Source of the DNA: Octopus sinensis
Lineage: Eukaryota
Direction of reading: 5' to 3'
Assembly (NCBI RefSeq): GCF_006345805.1
Contig: NC_043001.1
Location: forward strand, 124,806,001 to 124,870,000
Length of the DNA: 64,000 bases
The position numbers were made by a program, and so were the translations under genes. Below, piece by piece: positions 50,311 to 64,000 of the stretch. Within the stretch, counting starts at the first letter, position 1, and each line of letters opens with the position of its first letter. The notes below the pieces were generated by a model that made no database searches, was not told the DNA's origin, and saw only the letters and a program-made list of their open reading frames with translations.

Positions 50311-51239
50311 TATTGAATCTACTTAGCATTCAATACTGTCTACTTGTATCTAAAGTTTATAAATGCGTGCTCACACACATACACACACGCATCAATAAGA
50401 CATTAACTCTATTTTCAAAACTTTAATATCTTATTTCTCCTAATTTTATTAACAGAACAATGAGATATTACCTAATTCGCCTCTTACACACGATTAAATA
50501 TCTTTACTGTATTAACTTGCCAACAGAAATCATCTCATTCTCACGCTATCTCTTACTCTTCTGTCTCGCCAACGATGTCATCTTATTTTCCTCTCTCTCT
50601 CTCTGTGGCATTGTCAGACAATGCATCAAAAAGAGGCGACGGCGCCGAACTGCATCTATTTTACGTTCAAATCCAATATGATAAATAATGAAATTAGCTT
50701 TAGAGTGAAGTCTAACTTATTGAAGAATAAATGAGATGAGAGCTGGTTTCCGCTGCTGCTGTTCTTTAACCCGTCTCAACCCTTGATCTAACATATTCGT
50801 AATCAAACACGTTACACTCTTGATCATGCCGTCCCTTTTGTATGTCCAGGACGACGTTATCCAAATATATTCTTCACTTTTTAGTGAAATAATATATGAT
50901 CTGAGGAAAATTTAATAGTTATTTCTAGCGTTTCAAGTGTCATGACTCCGTTGATAGATCGAAAACGGATTCATTGATATGTCTGGGTGTTACCCATGTT
51001 CTCAAAAACTAATTACAATTACTTCTGATTTCATTTTTAAAGCTGATCTCTTTGAAATGGGACGAAATTATAATAACCAGTGCAAGACCCTACTCACAGT
51101 GACTAATAAGATTGATGCAATATCTGACATCAGCCTAATCCTAGATATAAAGTTAAAGAGAGAAGGGGAGAGAGGCAGACAAACAGAGACAGACAGAGAG
51201 GTACGAGAAATTAAGGGATTTATATATATATATATATAT

Positions 51240-51330
<91 letters not shown>

Positions 51331-51667
51331 TAGTCAGACATTCAAAGCAAGTAAAAGAGCAAGTACAGTAAAGTCTCTTCGTAGATGACATCAAAATAAG
51401 ACACGAACATAAAATAAAATGGTCGCCTGCAGTTGTCGAAAAATTGAAACTTTGAAATTATTGATGTGTGGGGAGTGTCAATAGATTGACAGACATTCAG
51501 ACAGACGGACAGATGGAAGGGAAAGCAGACGGAAAGACGGATAGGAAGGCGGACGGATAGACGGATGAACGATGGATACATAAATGAATGGTTAGATGGA
51601 TGGATGGATGGATGGATGGATGGATGGATGGATAGATGGATGGATAGATAGATACATAGATAGATAC

Positions 51668-51730
<63 letters not shown>

Positions 51731-51731
<1 letters not shown>

Positions 51732-51945
51732 GTTTCTTTATCAGCCACACAGGGCTGCACACAGATGGGACAAGTTACAAGGTAGAGCTTTTCTTTTGGG
51801 GGATGAAGAGAACAAAAAACAAAAGAAAAAAAGGGGTGGCGTAGGTTTTCGATCAAGAGGGATCGTAAAAGGGAAGAAAAGAACAAAAAAAAAATAGATA
51901 AATAAAATAAAAAATAAAAAGAATAAAAAGAAACAAAAAAGAAAA
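51731..51945 (-). mobile_element. Tx1-like LINE 3'-end fragment inside (GATA)n
   Basis: Same tail as 27044-27250; arrays on both sides. Confidence 0.85.
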
Positions 51946-51946
51946 G

Positions 51947-52052
<106 letters not shown>

Positions 52053-52246
52053 CAGATTGCTAAAATTCATTATTCTCTTCTTTCGAGCGAGCTACTCATA
52101 GCATCAAGTAATAACAAAGATCTTAGATGTATCTATCGGAACCAAATAAAAATCATGTAAACCTAAAACTCTCCTTCAGAGCGTCTTACATTAGGATTTG
52201 GAATCAGAAGTTTGCGGTTTAGCGTCAAGGGATTAGATTTTTGAGT

Positions 52247-52510
52247 AAGAAGTTTAAGTCAGGAATAATATATAAGGCATAAAATAAATTTTCGTTTAAT
52301 ATTTTCTTTAGAATGCTATCATTACCATTAAATTGTCGATAATATTATTCATACGAATAAAAGTATTGACTGCCAGAATAAGAAGTTTAAGTCACAACTA
52401 ATATTTAATCCATAATATAAATTTTCGTTTAGTATTTTCTTTCGGATGCTATCATTACCATTAAATTGGCGATAATAATGTTCATGCAGATAATAGTATT
52501 TGACTGCCAA
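52247..52510. repeat. Diverged ~133-bp tandem duplication
   Basis: aagaagtttaagtc...gctatcattaccattaaatt...gactgcca, twice. Confidence 0.85.
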
Positions 52511-54145
52511 AATTAGTTTGACGTCGTTAGATGCTCAGTAGAGTTCAAATGCCGCCGTGATCGATTTGAATAATCTACATCAATAAATTAAGTACTAGTT
52601 GCTCTTGTTGTTGCTGTTGCTGCTGCTGCTGCTGTTTGTTTGTTTGTTTGCTTGTTGAGCGAAGTAGTCTTCGTCCCTTGGGAGAAGTCCGAAACGTTGG
52701 CCCTTTGCTATTCGTAAGCGGTTGCGTAGGAAGTCGGGGACAAGAAACAAGAAGAAAGAGTGAGAGAAAGTTGGGGCGAAAGAGTACAACAGGGGTCGCA
52801 ACCACTCTCTGCCGGAGCCTCGTGGAGTCCTGCTGCTGTTGGTATTGTTGATGATGATGATTATGTTTAGTCCCAGGTTATCTCTCATTAAGCAGTCCTT
52901 TAGCAGCTTCCCCAATCCCCGGCCCAACAATTGCAAATTTTCGTAGCATGGTACCAGTTCTAATAGATTTTTGCCTAGAAAAGGCCTAAACAGCTTATAT
53001 CTTACAATAAAGCTTTAAGAAAACACTATCCAGGTTTGGCGACTTACTTCTCATACAGGCAAACATTGCAGCTTCTATTTCAGAAGCTGGAGATTCATAG
53101 ATTTTGTCATACGTGCCAGTCATATGAGAGAAATTTTATTCGGTAGACTTGGTTCTGAAGCACCTCACCGTCCCACACAAAAATGAGAAACCTGCACTGA
53201 CTCCAATTTGCCAAGAACGAAGAGTGATCAGAGTAAAAATAGCGAACATACTACAAGAACTAGACATCTGGTGGATAGTAAAACGTGTGGTGTTAGAAAA
53301 GACTATCATGTTGCTGAAGAATTTAAAAAATTCCAATTGGCGTGGAGTGGAGTTGGAGATCTTGATTTAGGTGAAGCCTGAGGCACAGAACAGGATCTCC
53401 ACCTTAATAAAGATCTCAGTCGGGCAGCAACTGCAGGTGGTAGCGGAAGACCTAGATGTTACAGTTATGGAAACACCGATTGCTTAAAGAAATTGATAGC
53501 TGAATGAAGGCCTCCAATTTGCTGGAAGGCATACTTTTCCTTTTAAAGGGAAAATTGAAAAATTTGTTAAGTACTTGATCAGATGGGAAGGAGTTTGTCT
53601 TCATCTCTTTGAATTTTGTTCCCCGTCTGATCGGCTTATTAACAAGATAAGACAATAAAATCAACAAATGCAACTCACTGAAAGGGAAAATAGGACACTC
53701 AGGGAGCTTAGTGATCAAGAACATCGTCAACAACAACAACAACAACAATAATAATCTTTTCTATTGCATGCTGTGTAAAGACAGTAATATAATAATAATG
53801 ATCCTTTCTACTATAGACACAAGGCCTAGAATTTCTGGGGGAGGGGGATAGTCGATCACATCGACCCAGGACTTGACTGATACTTAATTTATAGACTCCG
53901 AAATGGATCTTGGATAATAATGGGTCAGCATACCGCAGTCCACTCACTGCAGCGATTGTGTTGCAGTTATCTCTGTGGTCGTAGTCTTATTCGTATTTTT
54001 AAATATGATATGATAAATACTTCCCGAAGATTATACTTTAATATAATCACGCTATGCGTATCACTATTTTAAAGATGTTCATAATAAAAATATAAAAGTG
54101 CAGGCCAAACTACATTACATATATTAATATTTAAATCAAAGCTTC

Positions 54146-54825
54146 AAGGCGGCGAGCTGGCAGAATCGTTAGCACGCCGGACAAAATGCTTAGCGGTGTT
54201 TCGTCTGTCTTTTCGTTTTGAGTTAAAATTACCCCGAGGCCAACTTTGCCTTTCATCCTTTCGGGATTGATAAAATAAGTACCAGTTGATCACTGGAGCC
54301 GATATAATCGGCTTACACCCTCCCTTGCAATTGCTGGCCTTGTGTCAAACTTTGAAATCAACGGTTAAATTTAAGCGTAAGGCGGCAAACTGGAAGAATC
54401 GTTAGCACTGTAGGTAAAATGCTTAAAGGTATTTCGTCCGTCTTTACATTTTTAGTTCAAATTCTGCTGATGTTGACTTTATAGCTTTCATCCTTTCGGG
54501 ATCAATACAATAGGTACAATTTGAGTAGAGTACCCTTCACCTAAAATTGCTGCCTTTGCGCCAAAATTTGAAACCAATATTTAAATCTAACCTAGAATCT
54601 AATCCCTTGAGAATGTAAAGATGGAAAAGGGGCTCTGTATTACATGTATAATTATCAGGTTCCCCATTTTGGGAGAGCTAAAAGAAAACAACAAACAGTT
54701 CGTCGACTTCGCCTTTCATCCTTTCAGGGTCGATAAAATAAGTACCAGTTAAACACTGGAGTCGATGTAATCGATTTACCCTTCCCCCCAAATTACCGGC
54801 CTTGTGCCAAAATTTGAAGCCAATA
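54146..54825. mobile_element. Cluster of three family A SINEs
   Basis: Plus copies ~54146-54360 and ~54378-54580; minus copy ~54700-54825. Confidence 0.8.
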
Positions 54826-54837
54826 TTTAGAAGCAAT

Positions 54838-55210
54838 GGGATGGAAGCACTCCGTCGGTTACGGCGATGAGGGTTCCGGTTGAACCGAATCAACGGAACA
54901 GCCTGCTCGTGAAATTAACGTGTAAGTGGCTGAGCACTCCACAGACAAGTGCACCCTTAACGTAGTTCTCGGGGATATTCAGCGTGACACAGAGAGTGAC
55001 AAGGCCGGCCCCTTGAAATACAGGTACAACAGAAACAGGAAGTAAGAGAAAGAGTACAGCAGGGATCACCACCATCCCTGCCGGAGCCTCGTGGAGCTTT
55101 TTAGGTGTTTTCGCTCAATAAACACTCACAACGCCCGGTCTGGGAATCGAAATCGCGATCCTATGACCGCGAGTCCGCTGCCCTAACCTCTGGGCCATTG
55201 CGCCTCCACT
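54838..55210 (-). mobile_element. Family C SINE, young
   Basis: TSD tatttagaagcaat (54824-54837, 55211-55224). Confidence 0.93.
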
Positions 55211-55371
55211 TATTTAGAAGCAATAACTCATAACAAAATACATACTTTTTAAATTTTCAATTATTATGCTGCTTGCAACTCTTATCTTTTTACACAAATG
55301 AAGTAGTTTTTATAGAACATGCTTCATTACACAAAATTTCAATTTTCTAAAAGTACAGATGCCTTCAACAT

Positions 55372-55740
55372 AGTGGCTTGACTTGCTAGAAATAACAGTC
55401 AATTTTCCTTCAAAATCATACTCTATCATTTTAAATAAGGTAAGGTCCCATCGTAGGATATACTCCCATACGCCCCTAAAAAGACGGGATGGTCACAGAA
55501 TACCTTTGATCATAGGTTTGTTATATCAACGCCGACCTGTTGCTAAACAGCAACAGTGGTTTGACTTGCTAGAAATAACAGCCAATTTTCCTTCAAAATC
55601 ACACTCTATCATTTTAAATAAGGTAAGGTCCCATCGTAGAATATACTCCCATACGCCCCTAAAAAGACGGGATGGTCACAGAATACCTTTGATCATAGGT
55701 TTGTTATATCAACGCCGACCTGTTGCTAAACAGCAACAGC
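55372..55740 (+). repeat. Near-identical 183-bp tandem duplication of a family E SINE tail
   Basis: Period 183 (55372 vs 55555); followed by (CAA)/(GAT/GAC)n. Confidence 0.9.
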
Positions 55741-58700
55741 AATAACAGCAACAATGACGATGACGATGACGATGACGACGACAACGACGATGACGACCAC
55801 AACGACGATGACGACCACAACGACGATGACAACATAAGGAACGACACCTGTCAGAATTTATTTCCTCTGTATTATCTCATCAGAAAATTTGAGATCAGAA
55901 CTACAAGCTAACAAAATACACGTGTCAGGTACATAATGCGCCCACTGCTTACAGTAAATATAATTAATGATTAATAGAGGCGATGAAACATTCACGTTCC
56001 AAAATTTTCAATGTGATGAGGGTTTTATATTACATTGTTAATTAAAATGGTGCCTGCCTATCTTCCTATTATTTATCTAAGACTAACTTGTTCAGTCATG
56101 TACATTGTCAGAACTGAAATATGATGACAGCGGTGGCAGCGGTGACGACTTCGGTGATAGTGAATTAGTTAACTTACAGAACCTTACTTAAACGTCAGCA
56201 TGGAATGTTGTGTGAACCGGATTTCAGGACGACCAGTTAAGGGCTGGGAATTTTAATGATATTACACTATCCTTGGGTTTTAGAGTGTGATCGAAAGACT
56301 CGTTGTTCTAATCTTAAGATGCAAATATGACAATATGATTAAGAAGTTTGCATCGCTACAAGGTAGTTTCAAGTTCAGTCCGTCTGCACAGTATTCTGGG
56401 CAAGTATCTTCTGTCTTTGCTTTAAGTCGCTTCAAGACATTGAAGTGAAATCTGATAGACGGAAATTTGCGGGACCGTTCCTGCTCTTGGATAGTAATTA
56501 ATCTGTCGCCGGATTTAGCAGCACCTTCCGTGCTTTAGACACCCAAGGTGTCTAGAGGCACGGGTGCCTTTAGTGGGGTTCAATGTGTTATAAGCAGTTT
56601 TTGAACTGTTTAGAATGCACGCAACAGAGTGATTATACATCACCAATGTGTTTGAATTACATTATGAAATACGGACTGGTTCTGAGGTAAAGGCTTTTAT
56701 GAATTATACCTTCAAACAATCAGTCTTCACGCTTAGCTTCATTGTAAGTGAAGAGTTACGTTTGTTACATTGACTTTGTGTTTCCTAAATGATTCAGTTT
56801 ATTTCAAATGACATGTTAGTCCATGTAAAAGCATAACTGACGCTCACAAGTTATAACTTCCTCCCACAAGTCACTCCTTTTTCTTACCAGTCACCAAGAA
56901 TCTACTATTTCTCCTCTGCCTGACCAATTTAAAGAAAGTCTTTACCGCGATGTAAACTCTATAAAATCCATAAAATCCATAAATGTCTCTCTTTATCATT
57001 GAAGTATTCGGTTCACTTCTTTCCATGCGCCTGAAAAGGGTAGAAAGAAATCTCTACTCCAAATTCCTATATGAAAACTGCGTCTTCAAATGTATGCCTA
57101 ACAATCCAACAGGTTTATGAGGACAAACCACTACTACAGATGTTTATACGTTATTTCATTGTCAATTTGGGGAATTTTTAATAAGATTCGAAATTTCACT
57201 GAGCGTGTTAATATACGGTTTCTTTTTTTTTTTCACTCAAAATTTTAAAAACTGGTTATTGCATATATGTGAGATCATTATTCTTGTTACATATAGTTAT
57301 ATATAATACTCTTATCCTTATTAAATATATTTTTATATAAAATCTTTGTTTATATATCGACAAGTATCTGTTATCGAACTTAATTGCACAGTGTAACGTA
57401 CCTTATCCTATTCCCCTTTTGGCTACCTCCTCTCACTAAGCATAGATTTTGTTTTAGATGACAACTCCTAATCAAAACATATTAAGGTCTCAGAATTAAC
57501 AATACTTTTCATTAACGGGTTAAAGGGACATCTTAGGTGCGCTATATAACCTCGTCCAATTACTGCAATATTCAAGCATGAAATTTGAAATAGCACACAT
57601 ATAACTCCTGTGTTTATTAAATAATAATTATAAGCCTCTTTATGGGTGTATTGCGTGTGTGTGTGTGTACCCTTGATCTTATTACCTTCCTAGCATATAT
57701 TTGTGACTTCACGTTTGTCTATAACCAGTTGATGCAAAAGCTACAAAACCAACATCGATGAGAATATGAATATAATCAATCACCATCTCATAGTCCTTAG
57801 GCTTTTAGCATTTCTTTTGATTGCACACTGCCAATTAAATTACGAAACAGGTACTAATGCTGGAGCAATTGCTTCCACAAATTATCTCTCCAGACAATCG
57901 GCCCTCGGGTATAGCGACGAACTAAACGAGAAGTATTACTCAGAGTATTTCTTTAGCTCATGACTGGAATAATTTTAAGTCGCATAAACTTCGTGGCTAT
58001 TTAAGCAATATGATCGCGGATGGTTAATGGGTTAGATGTGGAGCGGAAAAAAGAGCAAGAACTCCTGAAATATGTATATACACCAATTGCCTATTTGATT
58101 ACATTGTTTACATATACGTATTAGTACACGAAACGTGATTACTTTCTAAATTCTATAGAAAATCTCTAGAGATAGCTTAATAGTAATTGTATCGCACTGC
58201 TAACACAAAAAGTAGGACACAGTATTGACTTATAAACCTTTAATATACTTGGTTGCATATTATTGTTGCAAACCGAAATTCGATGTCCCTACCAGCGATT
58301 AATATGTACCTCCAAGCTGCTAGGAATGAGTTTAATATGTAAATTGGTGAATCCAAAAGTTACAGCGCCAAACATAGTGGCTATTTAAGCTCGAGGATGG
58401 TTATGGGTTGGGTGTAATGCTAAAGAAGGAGCAATAACTCCCGAAATATGCATATACACCCAATATATTTCTTTTCATAGACGAATTCATATATGAAACG
58501 TAATATTCAGCGCTGGCTCTATATTCTATAGAAAATTTAAAGAGATAACTTAAATGTGAAAAATATAGCGGCGGTGCCCCAGCATGGCCACAGCTCGTAA
58601 GCTGAAACTAGATAAAATAAAATGAAAATTAAAATAAAATAGTAAGTTAATTTTGGATATATAATCCAGGCGTTTACATCATGAACCACTTTTACGCTTA

Positions 58701-58833
58701 TTAATTTTTGTGGTGCTGTGAGGAGTTGATTCAACCGGGCGATGTGTAGGAAAAATTCCACGTGACCATGGAAATAACAGAAACCGACGAAACATTATTA
58801 TTATTATATGCATAACAGTAATAATGAAATGTG

Positions 58834-58878
<45 letters not shown>

Positions 58879-58879
58879 C

Positions 58880-58928
<49 letters not shown>

Positions 58929-58993
58929 GTAGGTAGGTAGGTAGGTAGGTAGGTAGGTAGGTAGGTAGGTAGGTAGGTAGGTAGGTAGGTAGG

Positions 58994-59077
<84 letters not shown>

Positions 59078-59078
<1 letters not shown>

Positions 59079-59830
59079 TTATTGGCCACGCAGGGCTGAA
59101 CACAGAAGGGACAAAATACAAAGTAGAGCTTTTCTTTTTGGGAAGAAGGAAAAAAGTGGGGGGCGAATTCCGATCAATAGGGATCGTGTATCACAGAAAT
59201 GTCAATATAAAAAGTGAAAACAGATTAGGTTTGTCCGCGGATAAAAAAGCCTACGGAAAAGACCACTGGGACCTTGGGCAATAGTGTCATGCAAAAAGGA
59301 AACACATTAAAGTAAGTAGCTCCCTTTTTTTCCTTTCGTTTTTTTCTTTTTCTTTTGGTTCATAGGATTATGCTCAAGCTGGCTCCGTCATTCACACATG
59401 CCATCCTTGCAACATTCACTCATCTGTTTTTGAAGCATTCACTAGACAAAACTTCCCTCTCTACTCTCACCTTCCTCTTCAAGTGATACTCGAAGAAGTT
59501 GATGAGAGACTGACCAGAGAGGAAAGTGTTTGTCTCTAGACCTTTCAGACGCGTCCACCATATACATTCTTTCGCCATAGCCACATGTACGATGAAGATG
59601 GCTCTTCCTTCCCGTTTCAAGGAAGGAGGCGCGACAATATTCACGATAGACTAGTAGGTCCCGGCCCGAAAGTTGTCTTGAACAGGCGGGTCAAGTATTC
59701 CTCGTCTACGCCTAGGTTCACCCCGAGATCGTCGTCGTACCTCCCCTCTACTAATCCCCTATAGAATGCTTTGGTTGTGTTGAAGTCGCTCATGGTCGAC
59801 CTGGGATGGCATAGTTGCTTGAGAGAAACG
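59078..59830 (-). mobile_element. Tx1-like LINE, 5'-truncated and internally deleted, with intact 3' end, inside (GATA)n
   Basis: Paralog of 14241-15084. The zinc-knuckle region is deleted at ~59650. Arrays at 58835-59077 and 59831-59965. Confidence 0.9.
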
Positions 59831-59860
59831 GACAGACAGACAGACAGACAGATAGACAGA

Positions 59861-59967
<107 letters not shown>

Positions 59968-60111
59968 GCAGACACATGATGATTGCCTCATCTTGTCAGA
60001 TGATTGCCATCTCGCATTCACCCTGAGTGTTATGATTTCCTCTCATCCTTGTAGGTGCTCAGGTATGACTTTTTACCCCGCATCCATGACAATATGACTA
60101 TACATAATACA

Positions 60112-60500
60112 TGTGGAGGCGCAATGGCTCATTGGTTAGGGCAGCGGACTCGCGGTCATAGGATCGCGGTTTCGATTCCCAGACCGGGCGTTGTGAGTGT
60201 TTATTGAGCGAAAACACCTAAAGCTCCACGAGGCTCCGGCAGGGGATGGTGGTGATCCCTGCTGTACTCTTTCACCACAACTTTCTCTCACTCTTACTTC
60301 CTGTTTCTGTTGTACCTGTATTTCAAAGGGCCAGCCTTGTCACTCTCTGTGTCACGCTGAATATCCCCGAGAACTACGTTAGGGGTACACGTGTCTGTGG
60401 AGTGCTCAGCCACTTACACGTTAATTTCACGAGCAGGCTGTTCCGTTGATTCGGATCAACCGGAACCCTCGTCGTCGTAACTGACGGAGTGCTTCCATCC
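60112..60500 (+). mobile_element. Family C SINE, young
   Basis: TSD atacataataca (60100-60111, 60501-60512). Confidence 0.93.
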
Positions 60501-60797
60501 ATACATAATACAAAACGTATCAAGAAATTTAAACGATAGTGAGACAGGTATATGGTATCGGATTTATGTCACAGAAGCTTGTACAGTACTTTTGTTACTG
60601 GATTAATCACCATTGAATGTTTCAGTGACAAGCGTTGCAGGACGACCGGTGCCATTTTGACAGAAAATTCTATGTCAGAGTGTCTCTCTCTCCTAGAAGA
60701 GCTGACTTTCCCAACGGATTTGTTAAAAACAACGGAAGCTTCCTCTGTACCTGAGAAATCATTTTAACCCGTAGATGGGACTCTGACGGTATTTCAG

Positions 60798-61030
60798 GGC
60801 GGTGAGCTGGCACAATCGTTAGCACGCCGGGCGAAATGCCTAGCGGTATTTCGTCTGCCGCTACGTTCTGAGTTCAAATTCCGCCGAGGTCGACTTTGCT
60901 TTTCATCCTTTCGGGGTCGATTAAAAAAGTACCAGTTACGCACTGGGGTCGATCTAATCGACTTAATCCGGGTGTCTGTCCTTGTTTGTCCCCTCTGTGT
61001 TTAACCCCTTTTGGGTAGTAAAGAAATGGG
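60798..61030 (+). mobile_element. Family A SINE
   Basis: Full-length match to family A. Confidence 0.92.
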
Positions 61031-61149
61031 TATTTAACCCGGATCAAAACTGACCTGGGAGTAATGGTGATTAAATGGGAGCCTACCCACGACTCCAGAA
61101 CTCTCGAACTGGAGTCTCACCATCTCGAACTAGAGTCTCACAGATTAAT

Positions 61150-61272
61150 GCACACATGCATACATATATACATACATACATGCATGCACACACACATACA
61201 TAAATACTTACGTATACAAATGTACAAGCAGCTGAGAGTTGTGTGTAGGTGTGTATATATATATACGACTGT

Positions 61273-61323
<51 letters not shown>

Positions 61324-61616
61324 GAATACGGGGTGTATATATATATATATATTTGTGTATGTCTGTATGTATATATATATATTGTGTATGTCTGTATGTA
61401 TATATATATATGTGTGTGTGTGTGTGTCTATATATATATATTTGTGTGCGTGTATGTATTTATAATATGTGTGTGTGTGTGTGTCTATATATATATACAC
61501 ACACACACACGCAAATACATATATACGATGTATACAGGTATGTGTCTGTGTATATATATGTATGTATGCATGTATGTATGTATGCATGTATGTATGTATG
61601 TATGTGTGTATGTATG

Positions 61617-61647
<31 letters not shown>

Positions 61648-61995
61648 GTGTGTGTGTATGTATATATGTATATATGTATGTATGTATGTATGTGTGTATG
61701 TATGTATGTATGAATGTATGTGTGTATGTATGTATGTATGTATGTATGTATGTGTGTATGTATGTATGTATGTATGTATGTATGTATGTATGTATGTATG
61801 TATGTATGTATGTGTGTATGTATGCATGTATATCCATGTGTCGATGTCTCTAACGGCGTTTGTGTTGTCGTCACCATTCCTCTAATCATCCTCACACCAT
61901 TTTCTTCTGGCTAGGATTAAAACTGAAGATTATAACTTGGCGGCTTACATTAATCTGACATATCAAGATATGTCCTTCCGTCCTAAGGAAGGTAC

Positions 61996-62041
<46 letters not shown>

Positions 62042-62447
62042 TGAATACTTCAACACAAAAACAAAGAAGAGTAGGTGGGAGGGAAAGGAAAAGAGAAACA
62101 ACATACAAAAGAAATAGAAAATCTACGGAGTGAAAAACGAAAAACAAAAAAATACCAGAAAGCAACGCGTGCAGTCTGATTTGACCGTTGACGTTTTTCA
62201 AATGGATGCGTAACTAACAAGTATAAGAGCAGGTGTGGGTAAGTATGAAAGTACGCGCGTGATGGCGCCACAGTCGTTGACGTTGTTTTTGCTATTGCTA
62301 TTGTTGTTGCTGTTGTTATTGTTGTTGTTGTTGTTGTTCACTGCTGTTGTAGTTGTTCGGCTTCACTGTGTGATAAGTTATGTAAGTACCTGCCGGGCAA
62401 TGGATAATTTTCCCTTATCTCATTAGTCCTAAAACACACAAAAGATA

Positions 62448-62486
<39 letters not shown>

Positions 62487-63000
62487 GTGTATGGAAGTGT
62501 ACGCCTATGTATGTATGTATGTATGTATGTATGTATGTATGCGTGGGCACGGGTTTGTGTGTTTGTGTGTGTGTGTGCGAGTGAGTGAGTATTCTTATCG
62601 TACATAAAAGTATAGGAAGATAGCCATTATGTATAGAATTACGTAGTTTTCAATGTATGCATTATTTTCACACGTACATATGTATGAATGCATGTACGTA
62701 TATGTGTGTGTGTGAGCGTGCGTGTACTTACATATACACATACATACATACATACATACATACATACATACATACATACATGCATACATACATACATACA
62801 TACACACTCACACACATACATACATACATACATACATACATACATACATACGTACGTACATACATACATACATACATACATACATACGTACGTACATACA
62901 TACGTACGTACATACATACATACATACATACATACATACATACATACATACATACATACATACATACATACATACATACATACATACATACGTATACTTA
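61150..63000. repeat. (TA)n/(TATG)n/(TG)n/(CATA)n microsatellite blocks
   Basis: Main blocks at 61150-61830, 61995-62040 and 62440-63000. Confidence 0.9.
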
Positions 63001-63217
63001 CTCACATATACGCTTTTAATTAGCTATCGACGTATGTTGCTTCCTCTATTCTTGCGTAGATTCTTTTTAATACATAGCGAAGTTCTTTCCGGGTAATTTT
63101 TTAACCTTCTAACACTAAGATGCAAAGTTTAACAAAGCGAAGACACTTAGCCAAGTCTGATCTTCATAATAATAGTCAATTACGTACGGTATTGTGTTTA
63201 ATATTTGATGAACTCAA

Positions 63218-63605
63218 AGGCAGTGATGTGGCAGACTCGTTAGCACGCCGGGCGAAATGCTTAGTGGCATTTCGTCTGCCGTTACGTTCTGAGTTCAAAT
63301 TCCGCCGAGGTCGACTTTGCCTTTCATCCTTACGGGGTCGATAAATAAAGTACCAGTACGCACTGGGGTCGATATAATCGACTTAATCCGTTTGTCTGTC
63401 CTTGTTTGTCCTCTCTGTGCTTAGCCCCTTGTGGGTAGTAAAGAAATAGGTATTTCGTCTGTCTTTATGTTCTGAGTTCAAATTCCGCCGAAGTCGACTT
63501 TGTCTTTCATCCTTTCGGGGTCGATAAATTAAGTACCAGCTGCGTACTGGGATCGATCTAATCGACTGACCCTCTCCCCCAAAATTTCGGGCCTAGAGTA
63601 GAAAA
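63218..63605 (+). mobile_element. Family A SINE, composite (full unit plus second headless unit with a different tail)
   Basis: Second unit starts gtatttcgtctgtc... at ~63450 and ends ...aaaatttcgggcctagagtagaaaaga. Confidence 0.85.
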
Positions 63606-63820
63606 GAATAATAATTCAAAATGTGTCATTGATTTTTCGCTTCTAGCTTCAGTGATATTAATCCGTTTACATTCACTTAACTTGGTAGGGCAAAACAACC
63701 TATAGAATATTACTTAAAATAAAGACGAAAAAAATAAAACTATTTAAGACAATGTCTCATGCTGGGAAGCTCAATGACTGAAATAAATAAAGGAATAAAA
63801 TGACATATATGTAATATATA

Positions 63821-64000
63821 TACACATGGGGTGTTCATTAAAGACTTACCCTGACCCACCTCCCAATGACTGGGCTAAACGAAACTTGGCATAATTATCA
63901 GTCCTCTACATAGCCAACACATATGGTGACACACTTCTCCATCGCTTTATGCAGCTGTGATGACCTCGTCTATAGAAGTCGGTATGTTGCGTCTGGAACC
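63821..64000 (+). mobile_element. Possible Tc1/mariner-type terminus running off the window
   Basis: ta..catggggtgttcattaaagact resembles mariner-type TIR starts; the partner end is not visible. Confidence 0.3.

Noticed and set aside
53000-53750. ORFs 53149-53370 and 53452-53748
   Set aside because: No recognisable motifs; probably decayed repeat sequence.
60552-60780. 71-aa ORF and a possible antisense mariner 'GRPAT' remnant
   Set aside because: Too short and degenerate, with no TIRs.

Overview
AT-rich, microsatellite-saturated eukaryotic (animal) genomic DNA. The SINE families and repeat landscape resemble octopod cephalopod (Octopus-like) DNA; this is my inference from remembered repeat consensus, not a search. 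Only one convincing host CDS is present: a single-exon RING-CH/MARCH2/3-like E3 ligase (33494-33964,+). Most other ORFs in the track are translated microsatellites or antisense frames of transposons. Mobile DNA: a deleted mariner; a young Buster-type hAT with perfect TIRs and TSD nested in an RLE-type LINE; two RLE (R4/Dong-like) LINE fragments; a Tx1/L1-like LINE found almost only inside (GATA)n arrays; a Penelope GIY-YIG remnant; several MITEs; and more than 40 SINE copies in at least five families. The most notable signal is a set of minimal type I hammerhead-ribozyme motifs: one intact (45537-45571), a tandem pair with a variant CUGUNGA core (31063-31358), and a back-to-back pair inside an inverted repeat (43540-43720). 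They occur with at least seven long fold-back palindromes that abut (TA)n tracts. Together these suggest a Penelope-derived, retrozyme-like family of self-cleaving non-autonomous elements. No ribozyme activity or transcription can be shown from sequence alone.
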